From the NCBI GenBank assembly GCA_905215245.1, contig CAJMPC010000001.1:1-41666 (forward strand): a stretch of DNA of 41,666 nt, in the 5' to 3' direction. The stretch comes from an uncultured bacterium (GTDB lineage: Bacteria > Pseudomonadota > Gammaproteobacteria > Enterobacterales > Pasteurellaceae). The notes beneath the pieces are model-generated. The model was given only the letters and a program-made list of their open reading frames with translations, was not told the origin of the DNA and made no database searches. Positions 29,501 to 38,656 of this stretch are shown one piece after another. The translations under genes and the position numbers were made by a program. The first letter of the stretch is position 1. The number at the start of each line of letters is the position of its first letter.

Positions 29501-31813
29501 GCTAACAAAGGTTGGAATCTATCAGTAAATACCGGTGAAAATAAATCTAATATCGCACCAGATGCGACAGTCGATTTAAGAAGTGCCAATGACAACATTC
29601 AAATCACTAAAGATGGCAATAATGTAACATTTAAGTTAAATGACACGATTAATGTGACTAATGTTAATGCTACAGGTAATGTAACAGCAGGTGATACAAC
29701 CATTAATAACGATGGTTTGACGATTACTGGTGGCCCAAGTGTGACTAAATCAGGTATTGATGCTGCAGGTAACAAAATTAGCAACGTGGCAGACGGTAAT
29801 GTAGCACCGGATAGCAAAGAAGCTGTGAACGGTAGTCAATTATATTCATTAGGCGATACAATCAATAAGAAAATTGATGGTATGGGCTTCAATTTAACAA
29901 CGAATGGTACTGAGACACCGGCTCTTTCTGACGCAGATAAACGTATTACGAGCAATGAAACATTTGCAATTAATCAAGGTAAAAATATTAAGGTTACCCA
30001 AATTACAAATGGTTATGAAATTGCGACATCAGATAATATGACACTAGGCGAAAAAGCAGAAGATGGAAAACCAGGTACTGATGGATCGTTAGATGTTAAA
30101 GGTAAAGATGGTTCTGCTGTTTCAATTAACGGAAAAGATGGTTCAATCGGTCTAGCGGGTAAAGATGGTGCAAATCCACTTACAATTAAGACCGCAGAGG
30201 GTCCTGCTGGTGTAGATGGTGATGATACAACTAAGAAACCTCGCCTAGATGTAAACGGGGAAAGTGTTGCAACTTTAAATGATGGCTTGAAGTTTACAGG
30301 TAATAATGAAAGTACGGTAAACAAACATAAACTGAATACCTTAGTGAAAATTAAAGGTGAAGGTGTAGCTGAAGCAGAGTCAACAAACTTTAAATCAGCA
30401 GCAGGTAATATCAATGTTAAAGCAGATGGCACTGATACATTAGAAGTTCAGTTAGCTAAAGACTTAAAAGGTTTAAATAGTGCTGAATTTAAAGATGCTA
30501 CAGGTGATGTAACCAAAATCACTCCGGCAGGTGTTGCAGTTAATAAAGCGGATAACTTTAATAAAGATGGTTCAGTTAAAGATCCAAATAAAACTGTGTC
30601 AATCTCTAATGCTGGCGTGAATGCAGGTGGAAACAAAGTCACTAATGTTGCCGATGGTGATGTGAATGCAGATAGCAAAGATGCAATAAACGGTAGCCAA
30701 CTTTATAATGCTGTAGCGACCACTAATTTAACACCTAATTCAACAGGAAAAATTGATGCACCTGTAGACGGCTCTAAATTGGTGAATGCAACCACAGTTG
30801 CAAATGCAATTAATAATTCTGGTTGGAATGTCACTGTGAATAAAGACGGTGGTGAAGCTGAAGGTGAAACTGTTCAAAAGGTAAGCCCAGGTAATACCGT
30901 GACTTATATCGCAGGACAGAATATCAAAATTAAGCAAGATGGTATGAATTTTACCATTTCAACCACAAAAGACTTGAAAGCTGAAAATGTGACTGCTACA
31001 ACCGTTAATACCACCACAATCAATCTTGGTGAAGGTGATAATTCAACGCCAATTACAGTAGTAAGTGGTAAAGATGCAGCTCCAAATCTTGATGGTAAAA
31101 CACCAAATCGTATGAACTTTGGTGGTGAAACTATCGCAACATTAAGCGATGGCTTAAAATTTGGCGCAAATGTAGGCGATGTTTACGGTGCGAAATTAAA
31201 TAGCCAAATCAATGTGAAAGGCGCAGATAGCAACACAAACTGGAGTGAGTTTGATGGTGGTGATAATGTGATGACAAACATTGATAAGAGCGGTAATGTT
31301 CGTGTAGGTATCAAGAAAAACCTTAAAGTGGAAAGCGTAACGGCAAACAAATTCACTGCGGGTGATACGGTGATGGATGGCAATGGCGTCACCATTAAAA
31401 ATGGTCCAAGTATGACTAAAAATGGTATTGATGCAGGTAATAAACAAATTACCAATGTTGCACCAGGACGCATTGCAGCAGACAGTACTGATGCGGTAAA
31501 TGGCAGCCAATTACACGAAGTAAAAGCTGACATGAATAACAAGATCAACCACTTAAATGGTCAAGTGAACAAGTTAGGTAAACGTGTAAATGCAGGTACT
31601 GCAAGCGCGTTAGCGGCTTCTCAATTACCACAGGCTTACATTCCAGGTAAGAGCATGGTATCTGTGGCAGCGGGTAATTACCAAGGTCAAAATGCAGTGG
31701 CATTAGGTATGTCACGTATTTCAGACAACGGTAAAATCATTATTCGTTTAGCCGGTACTAGCGATACACAAGGTAAAGTGGGTGTAGCAGTTGGTGCGGG
31801 TTACCACTGGTAA
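26588..31813 (+). CDS. Trimeric autotransporter adhesin (YadA/Hia/Hsf/EmaA-type)
   Basis: ESPR signal MNKVFKIIWNKTTQSFVVTSELAK; two blocks of SIAIG head repeats; neck motifs (RQIxNxAxG...DAINGSQL); Trp-ring-like KGWNL/SGWNV; GIN-like repeats; YadA anchor ending GVAVGAGYHW. Confidence 0.96.
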   Translation: MNKVFKIIWNKTTQSFVVTSELAKGAVKASSNSEQRVTSETRLSSLFKLSAFALSLSAVMMPAQAVDLSTPLIKITAGRSGNMFTGEASGGGGSNIAIGNEATVANQNAFGRNIAIGSGAYISGAYSEESIAIGSTGKGPQTQRTEVRGDQSIAIGGNTLAQGNSSIAIGNDDLNKVGASTYTGAEKFIQYDKSGNKTGEYILNGNALRNIYKEMTGDTMNHGAYTSTTSGEGAVAIGVQAYSPAALSLAIGTKANASVFGATALGTGAKADKLNSVALGTASVISKAGKAYVERTILGTKYTWAGGAQVDEGDVVSIGNVGYERQIINLAPGDISATSTDAINGSQLYAAMAEIEKIRYFSVNSTVEGNKNNNGATAVNSIAIGPDAKSSAVNGVSLGNNATSNYSNSTAIGFATHADGGNATAVGTNAKAVTNSTALGSNTDAKELGVAIGHTASSAYAGVATGANANVSGIYGIAVGNNANASAQASIAIGKGAVGTAADGVAIGSSANATVQNSVALGKDSVAGGNVFGGAAHEAAFKNDTGVSENKQFKAGLANNSLGAVSVGKEGFERQIQNVGAGRVTANSTDAINGSQLYAVLTYSGFNVQQNGTDKSRINNNGFVNFKDGNLTTVNVTDADNGTIVKFDVNTTNFTTDAAGNVTAANPNNIATAGDVTDAINKVRNMPITFTGNTGSAVKKLGESLGIVGDGTDITSTADANNVTFKLNKSTAVTAGDNKAVTSGAVDTAIKAINLITAGNTGAGAVNLATQSLNITGSNGLTTVAKDNGIEVKIDDETRKKIDAASSAKEVSASVSGSSAVSVTPNGTTKNADGVEVTDYAVDLSQATKDDIQKGVDANTTVNTKGLTFTGDTKESDVKKLGDKVAITGDDNITTEANPNGVQVKLNKDLKVDSVKAGDTTINNDGLTVNGGPSVTKSGINAGDKKITGVAAGTDDTDAVNVSQLKEVKEIANKGWNLSVNTGENKSNIAPDATVDLRSANDNIQITKDGNNVTFKLNDTINVTNVNATGNVTAGDTTINNDGLTITGGPSVTKSGIDAAGNKISNVADGNVAPDSKEAVNGSQLYSLGDTINKKIDGMGFNLTTNGTETPALSDADKRITSNETFAINQGKNIKVTQITNGYEIATSDNMTLGEKAEDGKPGTDGSLDVKGKDGSAVSINGKDGSIGLAGKDGANPLTIKTAEGPAGVDGDDTTKKPRLDVNGESVATLNDGLKFTGNNESTVNKHKLNTLVKIKGEGVAEAESTNFKSAAGNINVKADGTDTLEVQLAKDLKGLNSAEFKDATGDVTKITPAGVAVNKADNFNKDGSVKDPNKTVSISNAGVNAGGNKVTNVADGDVNADSKDAINGSQLYNAVATTNLTPNSTGKIDAPVDGSKLVNATTVANAINNSGWNVTVNKDGGEAEGETVQKVSPGNTVTYIAGQNIKIKQDGMNFTISTTKDLKAENVTATTVNTTTINLGEGDNSTPITVVSGKDAAPNLDGKTPNRMNFGGETIATLSDGLKFGANVGDVYGAKLNSQINVKGADSNTNWSEFDGGDNVMTNIDKSGNVRVGIKKNLKVESVTANKFTAGDTVMDGNGVTIKNGPSMTKNGIDAGNKQITNVAPGRIAADSTDAVNGSQLHEVKADMNNKINHLNGQVNKLGKRVNAGTASALAASQLPQAYIPGKSMVSVAAGNYQGQNAVALGMSRISDNGKIIIRLAGTSDTQGKVGVAVGAGYHW
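29339..29770 (+). repeat. Internal DNA duplication in the adhesin stalk (copies start at 29339 and 29690)
   Basis: GGTGATACAACCATTAATAACGATGGTTT is identical in both copies and is followed by near-identical CCAAGTGT(A/G)ACTAAATCAGGTATT; a more diverged third copy lies at about 31361-31440. Confidence 0.85.
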
Positions 31814-31829
31814 TTTATCGTTAATAAAC

Positions 31830-31857
31830 AAAAGGCATGGGAAACCATGCCTTTTTT
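31830..31857 (+). terminator. Terminator of the adhesin gene
   Basis: AAAAGGCATGG-gaaa-CCATGCCTTTTTT. Confidence 0.9.
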
Positions 31858-31927
31858 ATTGCCAAAAGTGCGGTCGATTTTCGATCTATTTTTCGTATAA
31901 TAGAAAGAACTTAACTCGGAGAAGAAT

Positions 31928-32647
31928 ATGATTATCGGACCTTATATTAATGCTCTGGCGATTATTAGTGGCGCAGTTATTGGCTCACTGCTAGGTGGAC
32001 GAATCCCAGAACGTTTACGCACTAATTTAACCTTGATCTTTGGTCTGTGTTCTATGGGCATGGGCATTGTGATGGTAGCGAAAACGACAAATATGCCTGC
32101 AATGATTTTATCGGTGTTATTGGGTACGATTATTGGTGAGTTGCTTTTATTAGAACACGGAATTAATAAGCTTGCCTCATCAGCGAAAGGTCTTGTTGAA
32201 AAGATGTTCCCTGATACACCAAGTAGCATGCATAGCCAAGAAGAGTTTTTATCTAAATTTGTTGCGATTGTAGTTTTATTTTCATTTAGTGGAACGGGTA
32301 TTTTCGGGGCTATGAATGAAGGGATGACGGGGAATTTTGATATCCTCATTGTGAAATCCTTTCTAGATTTCTTCACGGCGATGATCTTTGCTACATCGCT
32401 TGGTATTTCTGTAGCAAGTATTTTTGTGCCACAAACATTGGTCCAAGTGATTTTAGCTTATTCTGCGGTGTTTATTATTCCTTTCGTGACACCTGAAATG
32501 CGAGGTGATTTTGCGGCGGTAGGTGGTATGTTAATGATAGCGGCAGGCTTTCGCATTTGTAATATTCAAATGTTCCATGTAGCGAATATGTTGCCGGCTC
32601 TTTTCCTCGCCATGCCGATTTCTCATTTCTGGAGCACCTTTTTCTAA
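31928..32647 (+). CDS. DUF554 (YqgA/YdfK-like) membrane protein
   Basis: GPYINALAII.G..IG, GIFGAMNEG..G, KSFLD and VANMLPAL are characteristic of DUF554; hydrophobic. Confidence 0.85.
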   Translation: MIIGPYINALAIISGAVIGSLLGGRIPERLRTNLTLIFGLCSMGMGIVMVAKTTNMPAMILSVLLGTIIGELLLLEHGINKLASSAKGLVEKMFPDTPSSMHSQEEFLSKFVAIVVLFSFSGTGIFGAMNEGMTGNFDILIVKSFLDFFTAMIFATSLGISVASIFVPQTLVQVILAYSAVFIIPFVTPEMRGDFAAVGGMLMIAAGFRICNIQMFHVANMLPALFLAMPISHFWSTFF

Positions 32648-32648
32648 A

Positions 32649-32673
32649 AAATAGGCGTGTATAGCGCCTATTT
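32649..32673. terminator. Bidirectional terminator between the DUF554 gene and mutM
   Basis: AAATAGGCG-tgtatag-CGCCTATTT, overlapping the mutM stop codon. Confidence 0.75.
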
Positions 32674-33483
32674 CTTTTTCTGACAATGTGGGCAATAAAA
32701 GCTATTGCGTTGCCCAATAATCATACTTTCAATCTTAGTGCCACATTTTGGACAAGGTTTGTCTTTGTTTCCGTAAACTAACAATTCTTGCGCAAAATAC
32801 CCGGGGCGACCATCAGGTTGTAAGAAATCTTTTAATGTTGTTCCACCTTGTGTAATGGCTTTTGCTAATACATTTTTAATTGTTTTAACGAGTAAGGCAC
32901 ATTGGTTTCGTGTGAGGTTTTCGGCTAATTTCATTGGGTGTAAACCACATAAAAAGAGCGTTTCATTGGCATAAATATTTCCTACACCCACGACGACAGC
33001 ATTATCCATTAAAAAGGTTTTAAGTGCGGTCGATTTTTTGCGTGATTTTTTAAAAAGGTATTCGGTATTAAATTCATCTGAAAGTGGTTCAGGTCCAAGT
33101 TTTAGGAAAAGATGAAAGTCGTCTAAGCTTTCAGTCCATAGCCATGCACCAAAGCGTCTAGGGTCGTTATAACGCAGTAATTTGCCATTATTCATCACAA
33201 TATCAAGGTGATCGTGTTTATCAATAGGACTGTCATGAGGCACAATTCGAACGGAGCCAGACATCCCTAAATGGCCAATGATATAACCTTTTTCTGTATG
33301 AATAATGAGATATTTCGCACGACGAGAAGTATCCAAAATGTTGATGTTTTTTAGCGTGGTTAATTCAGGAGAAACAACCCAGCGTAATTGTGGTTGGCGC
33401 ACTACAATTTTTTCAATGGTAAAACCTTTCAAATAGGGGCTGACACCGCGTAGGGCAGTTTCGACTTCAGGAAGTTCTGGCAT
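32668..33483 (-). CDS. mutM: Formamidopyrimidine-DNA glycosylase
   Basis: Catalytic N-terminus MPELPEVE (start 33483), [21 protein letters not shown] and zinc finger CPKC...CPHC. Confidence 0.98.
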   Translation of the reverse strand: MPELPEVETALRGVSPYLKGFTIEKIVVRQPQLRWVVSPELTTLKNINILDTSRRAKYLIIHTEKGYIIGHLGMSGSVRIVPHDSPIDKHDHLDIVMNNGKLLRYNDPRRFGAWLWTESLDDFHLFLKLGPEPLSDEFNTEYLFKKSRKKSTALKTFLMDNAVVVGVGNIYANETLFLCGLHPMKLAENLTRNQCALLVKTIKNVLAKAITQGGTTLKDFLQPDGRPGYFAQELLVYGNKDKPCPKCGTKIESMIIGQRNSFYCPHCQKKK

Positions 33484-33512
33484 AGATAATCTCGGTAATG
33501 AATTTGTGGTAT

Positions 33513-33542
33513 AAAAAAACCCGAACAATGTCGGGCTTTTTT
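33513..33542 (-). terminator. Terminator after rpmG
   Basis: A-run then CCCGA-acaatg-TCGGG, then T-run. Confidence 0.7.
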
Positions 33543-33555
33543 CAAATCAGCAAAA

Positions 33556-33726
33556 TTATTTGATTTTTGCTTCTTTATAGATAACGTGTTTACGCACTAC
33601 TGGATCAAATTTTTTGATTTCCATTTTTTCAGGCATATTACGTTTGTTTTTATCAGTTGTGTAGAAGTGACCAGTCTCTGCTGTAGAAACTAAACGGATT
33701 TTCTCACGAGCGCCTTTAGCTGCCAT
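33556..33726 (-). CDS. rpmG: 50S ribosomal protein L33
   Basis: Not in the ORF track (56 aa). Manual translation: [63 protein letters not shown]. Confidence 0.98.
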
Positions 33727-33737
33727 GTTTTAGCTCC

Positions 33738-33974
33738 TTAGATTTTTTCGCCACGAGCACGGATTTCAGCTAACACTGCATCAATGCCTTTTTTATCGAT
33801 AATACGCATACCTTTCGCAGTTAAACGTAAGGTCACGAAACGGTTTTCACTTTCAACCCAGAAACGGTGAGTGTGAAGGTTTGGAAGAAAACGACGACGT
33901 GTCGCATTCAACGCGTGTGAGCGGTTGTTACCCACAGCTGGACGCTTGCCTGTTACTTGACAAACTCTAGACAT
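33738..33974 (-). CDS. rpmB: 50S ribosomal protein L28
   Basis: [33 protein letters not shown]; start 33974. Confidence 0.98.
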
Positions 33975-34096
33975 AATAATCTCCAATAATTTAAATATAA
34001 GCTCGAGCTTATGGTTCGGATAATGAAGCTTAAAACTAAGCTTGCTTCCTCGTCAGGTCGCAGTATCCGACCCACTTACTATATTAAAGGTCGCAA

Positions 34097-34125
34097 ATTA
34101 TACTGACTTTATTTTCATTTCTCAA
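34097..34125 (-). promoter_or_regulatory. sigma70 promoter of rpmB-rpmG
   Basis: Minus strand TTGAGA (34125-34120), 17 bp spacer, TATAAT (34102-34097). Confidence 0.8.
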
Positions 34126-34192
34126 GTCCAAAAGCGATTTTTCCGTCTTTAAATGGAAATGAACGATAAAAAAATCATCAAATTCCCTAAAA

Positions 34193-34858
34193 CTATAACA
34201 GATTATGTTCTGCAAAAGAATAACAAGTCCCTTTGCCGACAATAAAATGATCTAAAATACGAATCTCCATTAACTCGGCGGCTTCAATAATTTTTTGTGT
34301 GATCATTTTATCTGAATAACTGGGTTCTGCGATACCAGAAGGATGATTATGAGCTAAAATTAATGCGGCTGCATTGCAGTAAAGGCTTTCTTTGATGATT
34401 TCACGAGGATAAACATTCGTCACATTAATTGTGCCTAAAAATAACCGCTCTTTTTTAATCAAACGATGTTGATTATCTAAAAATAACACCATAAAAATTT
34501 CACGTTCTTCGTGGTGAAGCTCCGATTGAAGATAAAGCTTTACCGTAGATGTGTCTCTAAATACATGCTCTATTAACAATTCTTGCTTGAGATAGCGTTT
34601 GGTCATTTCTGTGGTGGCTTGTAGTTGAATAAACTGCGTAATGCCTAATCCTTTTACTTTGCAAAAGGCTTCTTTATCTGCGCTTAATAATATTCGAAGA
34701 GAGCCAAAATGTTGCAGCACGTTATGTGATAATTCCATGACAGGGCAGCCTTTAATCCCTGTACGTAAGAAAATAGCGAGTAATTCGTGATCTTCGAGGG
34801 CTTCAACGCCGTATTCCAATAATTTTTCACGAGGCATTAAAGGAGAGTTTGTTTGCAT
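34193..34858 (-). CDS. radC: RadC/YicR JAB-domain protein
   Basis: MPREKLL...ELLAIFLRTG and JAB motif LAHNHPSG...SYSD...ILDHFIVG. Confidence 0.95.
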   Translation of the reverse strand: MQTNSPLMPREKLLEYGVEALEDHELLAIFLRTGIKGCPVMELSHNVLQHFGSLRILLSADKEAFCKVKGLGITQFIQLQATTEMTKRYLKQELLIEHVFRDTSTVKLYLQSELHHEEREIFMVLFLDNQHRLIKKERLFLGTINVTNVYPREIIKESLYCNAAALILAHNHPSGIAEPSYSDKMITQKIIEAAELMEIRILDHFIVGKGTCYSFAEHNLL

Positions 34859-34932
34859 ATTAATTAATGAAAAGAAAAAAAGTGCGGTTAATTTTCAGGA
34901 TGTTTTCAATCTTTGCGAGAAGTCAGTTTTGT

Positions 34933-34954
34933 TTTTGGTATAGCGATCGCAAAA
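34933..34954 (-). promoter_or_regulatory. Candidate degenerate CRP-S (Sxy-dependent) site upstream of radC
   Basis: Minus strand TTT-TGCGA-TCGCTA-TACCA-AAA: one perfect TGCGA half-site and a second half matching 3/5. radC belongs to the CRP-S competence regulon in H. influenzae. Confidence 0.45.
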
Positions 34955-35060
34955 TAAAATTTTTTATTGGTGAAATTTGAAGTAAAATAGGCAACCTTAA
35001 GTTGTTAAGTACTAACACACAAAAACATATCCATTCTATTAAGTCGTAGCGGAGTAGCAA

Positions 35061-36263
35061 ATGAGCTTGAGCGGAAAGCGTATTGTTGTCGGGATTACAG
35101 GGGGCATTGCCGCCTATAAAACCATTGAGTTTATTCGTTTATTACGCAAATCTAACGCAGAAGTTCGAGTGGCTTTAACACCCGCTGCCGCTGAATTTGT
35201 CACACCTTTAACGCTACAAGCCATTTCTGGCAATGCGGTTTCTCAATCTTTACTTGATCCTCAAGCGGAATTAGCTATGGGGCATATTGAGCTCGCAAAA
35301 TGGGCTGATGCGATTGTGATTGCGCCAGCTAGCGCCGATTTTATTGCGCGTTTAACCGTTGGAATGGCAAATGATTTACTCAGTACGATTTGTCTTGCGA
35401 CAAGTGCACCTATTTTGCTCGCACCGGCTATGAATCAGCAAATGTACCGCCAGGCGATTACACAACAAAATTTGACCGCTCTTTCTGCGCGAGGTATTCA
35501 TTTTGTTGGGCCAAATAGCGGTTTTCAAGCTTGTGGCGATGTGGGTGCAGGTAGAATGTCCGAGCCCGCTGAAATTTTCGAATCACTTCAATCACTTTTT
35601 GCTATTCAACAAGATTTAGCCGATTTAAGTGTCACTATTACAGCTGGTCCGACGCGTGAAGCTATCGATCCGGTTCGTTATATTTCTAATCACAGCTCAG
35701 GTAAAATGGGCTTTGCAATTGCCGAGGTTTTTGCAAAACGTGGGGCAAATGTCACCTTAATTGCAGGGCCTGTTAATCTGGCTACACCGAAAAATGTTCA
35801 TCGTATTGATGTGACAACCGCCCATGAAATGTGGCAAGCCTCCCTTGAAAGTGCGGTCAAAAATCGCATCTTTATTGGCTGTGCCGCGGTGGCTGATTAT
35901 CGAGTTGCGGAAGTCGCTGATCAAAAAATTAAGAAAACCAATGATAACGATGAGCTTTCTCTTAAATTGGTGAAAAATCCAGACATTATCGCAACTGTGG
36001 CAAGTTTAGAAAAAGATCGTCCATTTGTGGTGGGCTTTGCCGCTGAAACGCAAAATGTCGCTGAGTATGCGAAGAGCAAACTTCAACGCAAAAATTTAGA
36101 TATGATTTGTGCCAATGATGTATCGGGTGGGCAAGTATTCGGACAAGATCAAAATGCCTTGCAGATCTTTTGGAAAACAGGCGAAAAAACCTTGCCATTA
36201 GCCGATAAAAATACATTGGCAGAAGTGTTGGTTTCTGAAATTGTTGAGCATTATCACAAATAA
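35061..36263 (+). CDS. coaBC: Bifunctional phosphopantothenoylcysteine decarboxylase/ligase
   Basis: [50 protein letters not shown] and VGFAAET. Confidence 0.97.
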   Translation: MSLSGKRIVVGITGGIAAYKTIEFIRLLRKSNAEVRVALTPAAAEFVTPLTLQAISGNAVSQSLLDPQAELAMGHIELAKWADAIVIAPASADFIARLTVGMANDLLSTICLATSAPILLAPAMNQQMYRQAITQQNLTALSARGIHFVGPNSGFQACGDVGAGRMSEPAEIFESLQSLFAIQQDLADLSVTITAGPTREAIDPVRYISNHSSGKMGFAIAEVFAKRGANVTLIAGPVNLATPKNVHRIDVTTAHEMWQASLESAVKNRIFIGCAAVADYRVAEVADQKIKKTNDNDELSLKLVKNPDIIATVASLEKDRPFVVGFAAETQNVAEYAKSKLQRKNLDMICANDVSGGQVFGQDQNALQIFWKTGEKTLPLADKNTLAEVLVSEIVEHYHK

Positions 36264-36335
36264 AATACGTTCAAAATTCGTTGGATTTTGTGACCGCACT
36301 TTTGTATTTAAGATTTCTTTTAAAGGATAATAAGC

Positions 36336-36791
36336 ATGAAGAAAATTGATGTAAAAATTTTAGATAGCCGTATTGGCAACGAATTTCCTTTACCAACCTA
36401 TGCAACCGAAGGTTCAGCAGGTTTGGATTTACGTGCATTGCTTGAAGAGGGGATTGAGATTCAGCCAGGCGAAACTAAACTTATCCCAACAGGCCTTTCA
36501 ATTTATATTGCCGATCCGAACCTTGCAGCAGTGATTCTGCCTCGTTCGGGTTTGGGTCATAAACACGGTATCGTATTAGGTAACTTAGTGGGCTTAATTG
36601 ATTCAGATTATCAAGGTCCATTAATGGTGTCTGTATGGAATCGTGGCCATGAACCGTTCAAAATTGAAGTCGGTGATCGTATTGCACAATTAGTCTTTGT
36701 GCCAGTCGTACAAGCAGAATTCAATATTGTCAGTGAATTTACTGAAACTGAACGCGGTGAGGGCGGTTTTGGTCATTCAGGTAAAAAATAA
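36336..36791 (+). CDS. dut: dUTP diphosphatase
   Basis: [26 protein letters not shown] and [10 protein letters not shown]. Confidence 0.98.
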   Translation: MKKIDVKILDSRIGNEFPLPTYATEGSAGLDLRALLEEGIEIQPGETKLIPTGLSIYIADPNLAAVILPRSGLGHKHGIVLGNLVGLIDSDYQGPLMVSVWNRGHEPFKIEVGDRIAQLVFVPVVQAEFNIVSEFTETERGEGGFGHSGKK

Positions 36792-36794
36792 ACT

Positions 36795-37448
36795 ATGGTA
36801 GAACAATTATCTCTCGTAGAAGTTGATGAGATTGCCGCGGAAATCAAACCGCCAAAAATCGAAAAACGTACGGTAAAAGAACGTCGGCAACAAGTGTTGA
36901 CGGTGCTTACCCATATGCTGCATTCTGAACGCGGAATGGAGCGTATGACGACAGCGCGTTTAGCGGAAGAAGTAGGGGTGTCAGAAGCGGCTCTTTATCG
37001 TTACTTCCCAAGTAAAACCAAAATGTTTGAAGCGTTGATCGATAATATCGAAGCGAATTTATTTAGCCGTATCACCACATCAATTCGTAATGAAACCAAT
37101 ACGATGAATCGAGTGCGTGACATTATGCAGATGATCCTCGACTTTGCACGTAAAAACCCAGGTTTAACCCGTATTTTGACTGGACATGCATTGATGTTTG
37201 AAGAGCCACTTTTACAGGCTCGTGTCGCGCAATTTTTCGATCGTCTTGAAATGCAATTTGTGAATATTTTACAAATGCGCAAATTACGTGAAGGGCGCGG
37301 TTTTAACGTTGATGAACGTATTATTGCAGGGCATTTAGTGACCCTTTGTGAAGGGCAGTTTATGCGTTATGTCCGCACAAACTTCCGTTTAGGCGCAAAT
37401 CAAAGTTTTGAACAGCAATGGCGTTTTCTAGAACCACTTTTTGCTTAA
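36795..37448 (+). CDS. slmA: Nucleoid occlusion factor SlmA (TetR family)
   Basis: [26 protein letters not shown] and [13 protein letters not shown]; follows dut. Confidence 0.95.
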   Translation: MVEQLSLVEVDEIAAEIKPPKIEKRTVKERRQQVLTVLTHMLHSERGMERMTTARLAEEVGVSEAALYRYFPSKTKMFEALIDNIEANLFSRITTSIRNETNTMNRVRDIMQMILDFARKNPGLTRILTGHALMFEEPLLQARVAQFFDRLEMQFVNILQMRKLREGRGFNVDERIIAGHLVTLCEGQFMRYVRTNFRLGANQSFEQQWRFLEPLFA

Positions 37449-37469
37449 TTGACTTTAGTTGATAAATAT

Positions 37470-37688
37470 ATGATTATTCCGTGGCAAGAATTGCCAACCG
37501 AAACCTTAGAAAACATTGTGGAAAGTGTGGTACTTAGAGAAGGTACCGATTATGGTTCACACGAATTTTCGTTAGAACAAAAAAAACAACACCTACTAAA
37601 CAAGATTCACAATGGAAGTGCTGTGATTGTTTGGTCAGAATTACATGAATCCATTGATATAAAAGATAAAATGGAATTTCTAAAATGA
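37470..37688 (+). CDS. yheU: YheU family protein
   Basis: [26 protein letters not shown]; start moved to ATG 37470. Confidence 0.9.
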   Translation: MIIPWQELPTETLENIVESVVLREGTDYGSHEFSLEQKKQHLLNKIHNGSAVIVWSELHESIDIKDKMEFLK

Positions 37689-37704
37689 ATCAATAGGAGC
37701 TTAT

Positions 37705-38373
37705 ATGTCAGAAGATGTAGAATTACTTGAAGAACAAAAGTTACAAGACGATGATCAGCAACGCGATCCTGCTCTGGATTGGTTCCTAACGCACTGTCAT
37801 TTGCATAAATATCCTGCAAAATCGACCTTAATCCATGCAGGGGAAGATGCCAATATTTTATATTTCTTAATTAAAGGAAGCGTGATGGTTTCATCGAAAG
37901 ATGATGAAGGCAAAGAGATGATTTTATCTTATTTAGGTGCCGGACAATTTTTTGGTGAAGCAGGTTTATTTGACGAAGGTTCGAAACGTTCTGCTTGGGT
38001 AAAAACGAAAACCCCTTGTGAAATTGCAGAAATTTCCTATAAAAAATATCGTCAGCTTATTCAAATTAATCCTGAGATTTTAATGTTCCTTACCGCTCAG
38101 TTATCAAAACGCTTGCAAAATACATCTCGACAAGTGACTAACTTGGCCTTTTTGGATGTGGCAGGCCGTATTGCTCAGGCGCTTATGCACTTGGCAAAAC
38201 AGCCAGAGGCCATGACTCATCCTGATGGTATGCAGATTAAAATTACACGTCAGGAAATCGGTCAAATGGTGGGCTGTTCACGTGAAACCGTAGGGCGAAT
38301 AATTAAGATGCTGGAAGATCAAAATCTAATTCATGCGCACGGTAAAACCATTGTGGTTTACGGCACTCGATAG
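37705..38373 (+). CDS. crp: cAMP receptor protein
   Basis: cNMP-binding domain (FFGEAGLF...RSAWV) and [22 protein letters not shown]. Confidence 0.98.
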   Translation: MSEDVELLEEQKLQDDDQQRDPALDWFLTHCHLHKYPAKSTLIHAGEDANILYFLIKGSVMVSSKDDEGKEMILSYLGAGQFFGEAGLFDEGSKRSAWVKTKTPCEIAEISYKKYRQLIQINPEILMFLTAQLSKRLQNTSRQVTNLAFLDVAGRIAQALMHLAKQPEAMTHPDGMQIKITRQEIGQMVGCSRETVGRIIKMLEDQNLIHAHGKTIVVYGTR

Positions 38374-38375
38374 TA

Positions 38376-38413
38376 AAAATAACCGTCTTTAATAAGACGG
38401 TTATTTTGTTTTT
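38376..38413 (+). terminator. Terminator of crp
   Basis: AAAATAACCGTCTT-taat-AAGACGGTTATTTT followed by a T-rich tail. Confidence 0.9.
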
Positions 38414-38497
38414 GTTACATTGATGTGATAGTTGAAATGCCTTTGTTAATTTTTATACGAAAAGCAAAAAAATACTTCTTTTAGTGCAATATCTTAA

Positions 38498-38526
38498 TTG
38501 ACAAAATAGCGGAAGACTTCTATCAT
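38498..38526 (+). promoter_or_regulatory. Near-consensus sigma70 promoter with no downstream CDS
   Basis: TTGACA (38498-38503), 17 bp spacer, TATCAT (38521-38526). Confidence 0.8.
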
Positions 38527-38534
38527 ACCACTGC

Positions 38535-38622
38535 CTTCCAATGTAGTTTCTTTGGAAGTCAGGATTGGTCTCCTGAATATATAAGTGGCTTTTAAAAGAT
38601 TCTGAATCTTTTAATTTTATAT
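38535..38622 (+). promoter_or_regulatory. Structured leader with C4-type target sites (a1/b1-like) and an attenuator-like hairpin
   Basis: Hairpin CTTCCAA/TTGGAAG (38535-38558); hairpin TCAGGA-ttggtc-TCCTGA (38559-38576); site AAGTGGCTT (38583-38591); 11-bp inverted repeat TTAAAAGATTC-t-GAATCTTTTAA (38592-38614) followed by TTTT. Confidence 0.65.
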
Positions 38623-38656
38623 CGCAGACTGGAACCCCAGAGATGCTTTAAATCTA

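Noticed and set aside
28009..31548. Series of minus-strand ORFs (up to 225 aa) inside the adhesin gene
   Set aside because: Antisense shadows of a repetitive, codon-biased gene; the translations are low-complexity (P/S/L/V/T-rich) with no motifs.
34010..34075. Hammerhead-like core (CTGACGA-GGA...TCC-GAAC on the minus strand) in the rpmB leader
   Set aside because: It has GAAC where GAAA is required and no NUH cleavage triplet before stem I.
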